In this document: positions 60,923-64,000 of the stretch, piece by piece | How the letters are laid out: each line of letters opens with the position of its first letter | How positions within the stretch are numbered: the stretch's first letter is position 1 | Assembly: GCA_964016885.1 (NCBI GenBank) | Contig: OZ024740.1 | Coordinates: 248,992,001 to 249,056,000, forward strand | Direction of reading: 5' to 3' | Length of the DNA: 64,000 bases | From: Eledone cirrhosa | Lineage: Eukaryota | Program-made: the position numbers and the translations under genes | Notes under the pieces: generated by a model | What the model was told of the DNA's origin: nothing | What the model saw: the letters and a program-made list of their open reading frames with translations, nothing else | Database searches by the model: none

Positions 60923-62196
60923 ACATATTTCTATTCTCTCTATTAACTAGAAATGTATTTTCAACTACCAACATATTCTGTCCTATACATGTCTAAGAAA
61001 ATATACATGAAATCTATTATTCTGTTAATTTCTTTTTCTTCCTTGAATGTAATAATCAGTTGTTGCATTGATTTATTTAGTTCACTTGCCAAATAAATCC
61101 CTTGTAATCCACACAGCCAGAGTACCAGCACAAACAGCAGAAATTGGGAATTAACCTTGTGACAGACAGATGTCATGTTCAAAGTTGTTTAATGCCACAT
61201 GAAACTGGGACACGCTCTAGCCGTATTGAGCCTATATATTCAAGGCAGACTTAAACTAATTTTGAGGAAACAAGAACTTTGTCTTACCTTTTCTAAGGAT
61301 TGGAGATGACATAAAATAGAGCCCAGAACTGTGGTTATGAGGCAAACTTCTTAACCACCTAACTATGTCTCATCCATTTAAATAATAGACATAGTAAATA
61401 AGATACTTATTGAGAACAAGTTTAAAAGAAGGGTGTGTGCGTAGTATATAAATAAATGTTTAATTATTTTAAAGACGTGTTATACTAAGCTATTTAATCC
61501 TCCAAGGTAAAGAGCTAAGTAAAAAATAGAGGCAATTAAGTGTCATATAGGAACATATTAAAAAAAAATCTATTCACAATAGAAGTTAAGAGTGGATTCT
61601 TATTTAAAAAAGAAAATAAAGAAACTTTTCAAATCTCTTAAAAATAATGAGTTGTATATTTAGGACCTACTAGGTAAACACACAGCGATATCAATCTGGA
61701 GTGAATGCAGATGAGTAAATATAAAGGAATATTTCTAGCTACTAAAAGAGATTTTTGTTATGAGTTGTTCAGTTCCACGTTAGCCCTGATCAAATAAACC
61801 TATGATCAAAACCATTCCAGCTATGACCATCTCATTTTATAGACATAGTTTATCTAGAACCACAATTATCCAATGTGTCATTCCATTACTTTAGAAAATG
61901 GTGAGGTATATATGATATGAGGGCAATTTAGCTGCTACTTTTAACTGGTCAAATGATTATTTAATGGCTGGCAGCTTGATTAGAAGTGCAATGAGAAGTG
62001 GTGAGTTCTTTGGGAAAACTGTGGCATAATTGTCATAACTTTACATCCTCCTTCTTTTTATATAAGAAATCATTAACTATGAGCAGTATGGAATTCAAGT
62101 GTTGTAGTTGTATTTGTTTAACTATTTGCTCTCCTTTGCAGTTCATTTGAAAATAAATATATGTTATTGTGTATGTCTTTTGTTATTTTCTTTCAG

Positions 62197-62289
62197 GTTT
62201 GGACATAGCATATGTTACCAATGGTTATGTCTACCATACCAAGAATGACCGGACAGAATTTGTTCAGCCTGGTTGTATTCAAAGAGGTG
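62197..62289 (+). CDS. ERMP1: ERMP1-like exon D (93 bp)
   Basis: tttcag|GT acceptor, G|gtgagt donor. Translates (G)LDIAYVTNGYVYHTKNDRTEFVQPGCIQRG(G), with the YHT zinc-ligand motif. Confidence 0.95.
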
Positions 62290-63169
62290 GTGAGTATACA
62301 TATAAACAAAATTTGGTTAAATTCACATTTTTATCTATTCCTTCTATTTTGTATAATTCTAAGAATTATTCCCTCATGATTCTACTGCCAATCAAACCCC
62401 ACCATTAAGTTTTCTCCCCTTTCATAAAAACTTTCTAGTAGAATAACTAACAAATAGTTTTATTGCTTTACCTGGCTGAATACAAGAAATGTAAATCTGA
62501 GTTTTTCGAATATTAATAATAATATTTGATTGATTTGCAATTATGCAAACAGCCTCTTAAGTCATGTCAGTAGAATGACTCCATCATTCTTACTCTTATG
62601 TTGGCATATAAACAGAACTGCAGACACTAATGTTTCTGGGTTTTTACCCTTCATAAGTATTGTATACTCTTTACCTGCCTACTGTCAGAGCTAGTGAAAA
62701 TATATGATATTTTCTGGAATATACAATGGCTGATCGGCCTGATTTGCATATTAACAGACTGCCTGATCAGTCAGATCTGCATATTAGCAGATAGGCCAGT
62801 CAGTTTTATGTATACAAGCGATTAATGGCTGGCTTTGCCATAGTCAAGTAACTAACAAATAGTTTTATTGCTCTACATGGTTGAATACAAGAAATGTAAA
62901 TCTGAGTTTTTTTAATAACTAGACCACCCGTGACTCGTTGGGTCACGTTCGCTTCAAAATATATTTAAAAAATCATGTTCACTTAAAAATAATTTTTAAA
63001 TAATTAAAATATACACAGACATGTATATAATGTGAAATGAAACTGGAAGGCCCATATATATATACGTGTGTGCATGTATATATATAAATGTGTGTGTGTG
63101 TGTGTGTATATATATATGTGGGTGTCTGTGATCTATATACACTGGTCATAGACACACACACACATATAT

Positions 63170-63204
<35 letters not shown>

Positions 63205-64000
63205 CAGGGTGCGGACAATATTTGTTCGCAAGATTGCTGTCTAGGAAAAAATAACACAGTAGTTTTATTTTTTAAGATTTATTTATCAAACTTGGGTCAG
63301 TTTGTCTTCATGTCTTGTTCTTTCGATCTCACTCGATAAACCCGCCATTGGCTTTGATGACGGCCTCAAGGCGGCCTCGGAACCGGCTACAGGCCTTCTT
63401 CACTGTCCCCCGACTTAGGTCCCTAAAGGCACTTGTGATCCTGGCCTTCAGATCATCTTTCGTATTGCAGCTAGATTTGGTGGTGTCTCGTTCCACTGCG
63501 CCCCACACAAAGAAGTCGAGGGGGTTGCAGTCAGGCGAGCTGGGAGGCCAGATGTCAGGTGGAGTGTGGTCGACGAAGTTCTCTGACAGCCAAGCTTGGG
63601 TCTTTCGGCTGGTATGGCAGGGCGCTGAGTCTTGCTGCTATACGTACGGCCTACCTGCAGCTACCTGGTCAATCCAGGGCTTTACTACCTCGTTCAGAAC
63701 GCAGATGTAGCCATCGGTGGTCAGCTTGAGGCCCTCAGGGAAGAAGTGAGGTGGCATGACGTCACCTTGACTGCTGACGACACCTAAGACCAATGTTGTC
63801 GCTGGAAACTGTCTGCATGACTCTAGGCACGTCTTTGGATGAGACGGCGAGCCACCTGTTTTTCTGGGAGTTGATCTTCTGGTCTTATTTGTCCTCCCGG
63901 CGCGGATTCCAAGAAGAACTCCGTGTCTCTTCCACAAATTTGGTGGTTCAAAATTATTCATAATCAATTATTCTGAAAATAAATAATGGAAATATAGTCA
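63205..64000 (-). mobile_element. Tc1/mariner superfamily DD37D (maT) transposon, internally deleted, runs off window
   Basis: ta|cagggtg TIR start in a TA tract. Reverse translation PYV*QQDSAPCH...WPPSSPDCNPLDFFVWG has 37 residues between the last two catalytic Asp. In-frame TAG. Confidence 0.88.

Noticed and set aside
60365-60974. Three overlapping Cys/Met/Tyr-rich ORFs, and a possible CRISPR-like array
   Set aside because: A pure 17-bp tandem repeat with no unique spacers. The ORFs are artefacts of a stop-free repeat.

Overview
Eukaryotic, AT-rich, repeat-saturated genomic DNA. It is most likely an octopod cephalopod, inferred from the SINE/RTE repertoire and the dense (TA)n and (CAT)n microsatellites. 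The only host gene visible is an ERMP1-like M28 zinc metallopeptidase on the + strand. It contributes four small internal exons (8792-8919, 44489-44594, 49390-49536, 62197-62289) with canonical AG/GT sites and compatible phases. The introns are 35.6 kb, 4.8 kb and 12.7 kb and consist almost entirely of nested transposons. These are: RTE-clade LINEs with a PHD-type zinc finger inside the RT region (one apparently intact 1040-aa ORF plus a frameshifted twin), Penelope-like elements (PLEs) of at least three types, non-autonomous Helitrons, tRNA-derived SINEs, Tx1/L1 and R4/Dong-like relics, a DD37D (maT) transposon and a 17-bp minisatellite. The most striking unannotated signal is about 20 type I hammerhead-ribozyme (HHR) motifs from many unrelated PLE-type terminal repeats, read by eye. 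About half lie on the sense strand of the host pre-mRNA and several sit in fold-back pairs. Many carry non-canonical catalytic cores (CAGAAGA in five copies of one family plus an unrelated family; CCGAUGA; CCGUCGA; CUGAAUGA). One CAGAAGA ribozyme module is carried inside a Helitron subfamily. All folds and alignments were done manually and none has been computed or tested.
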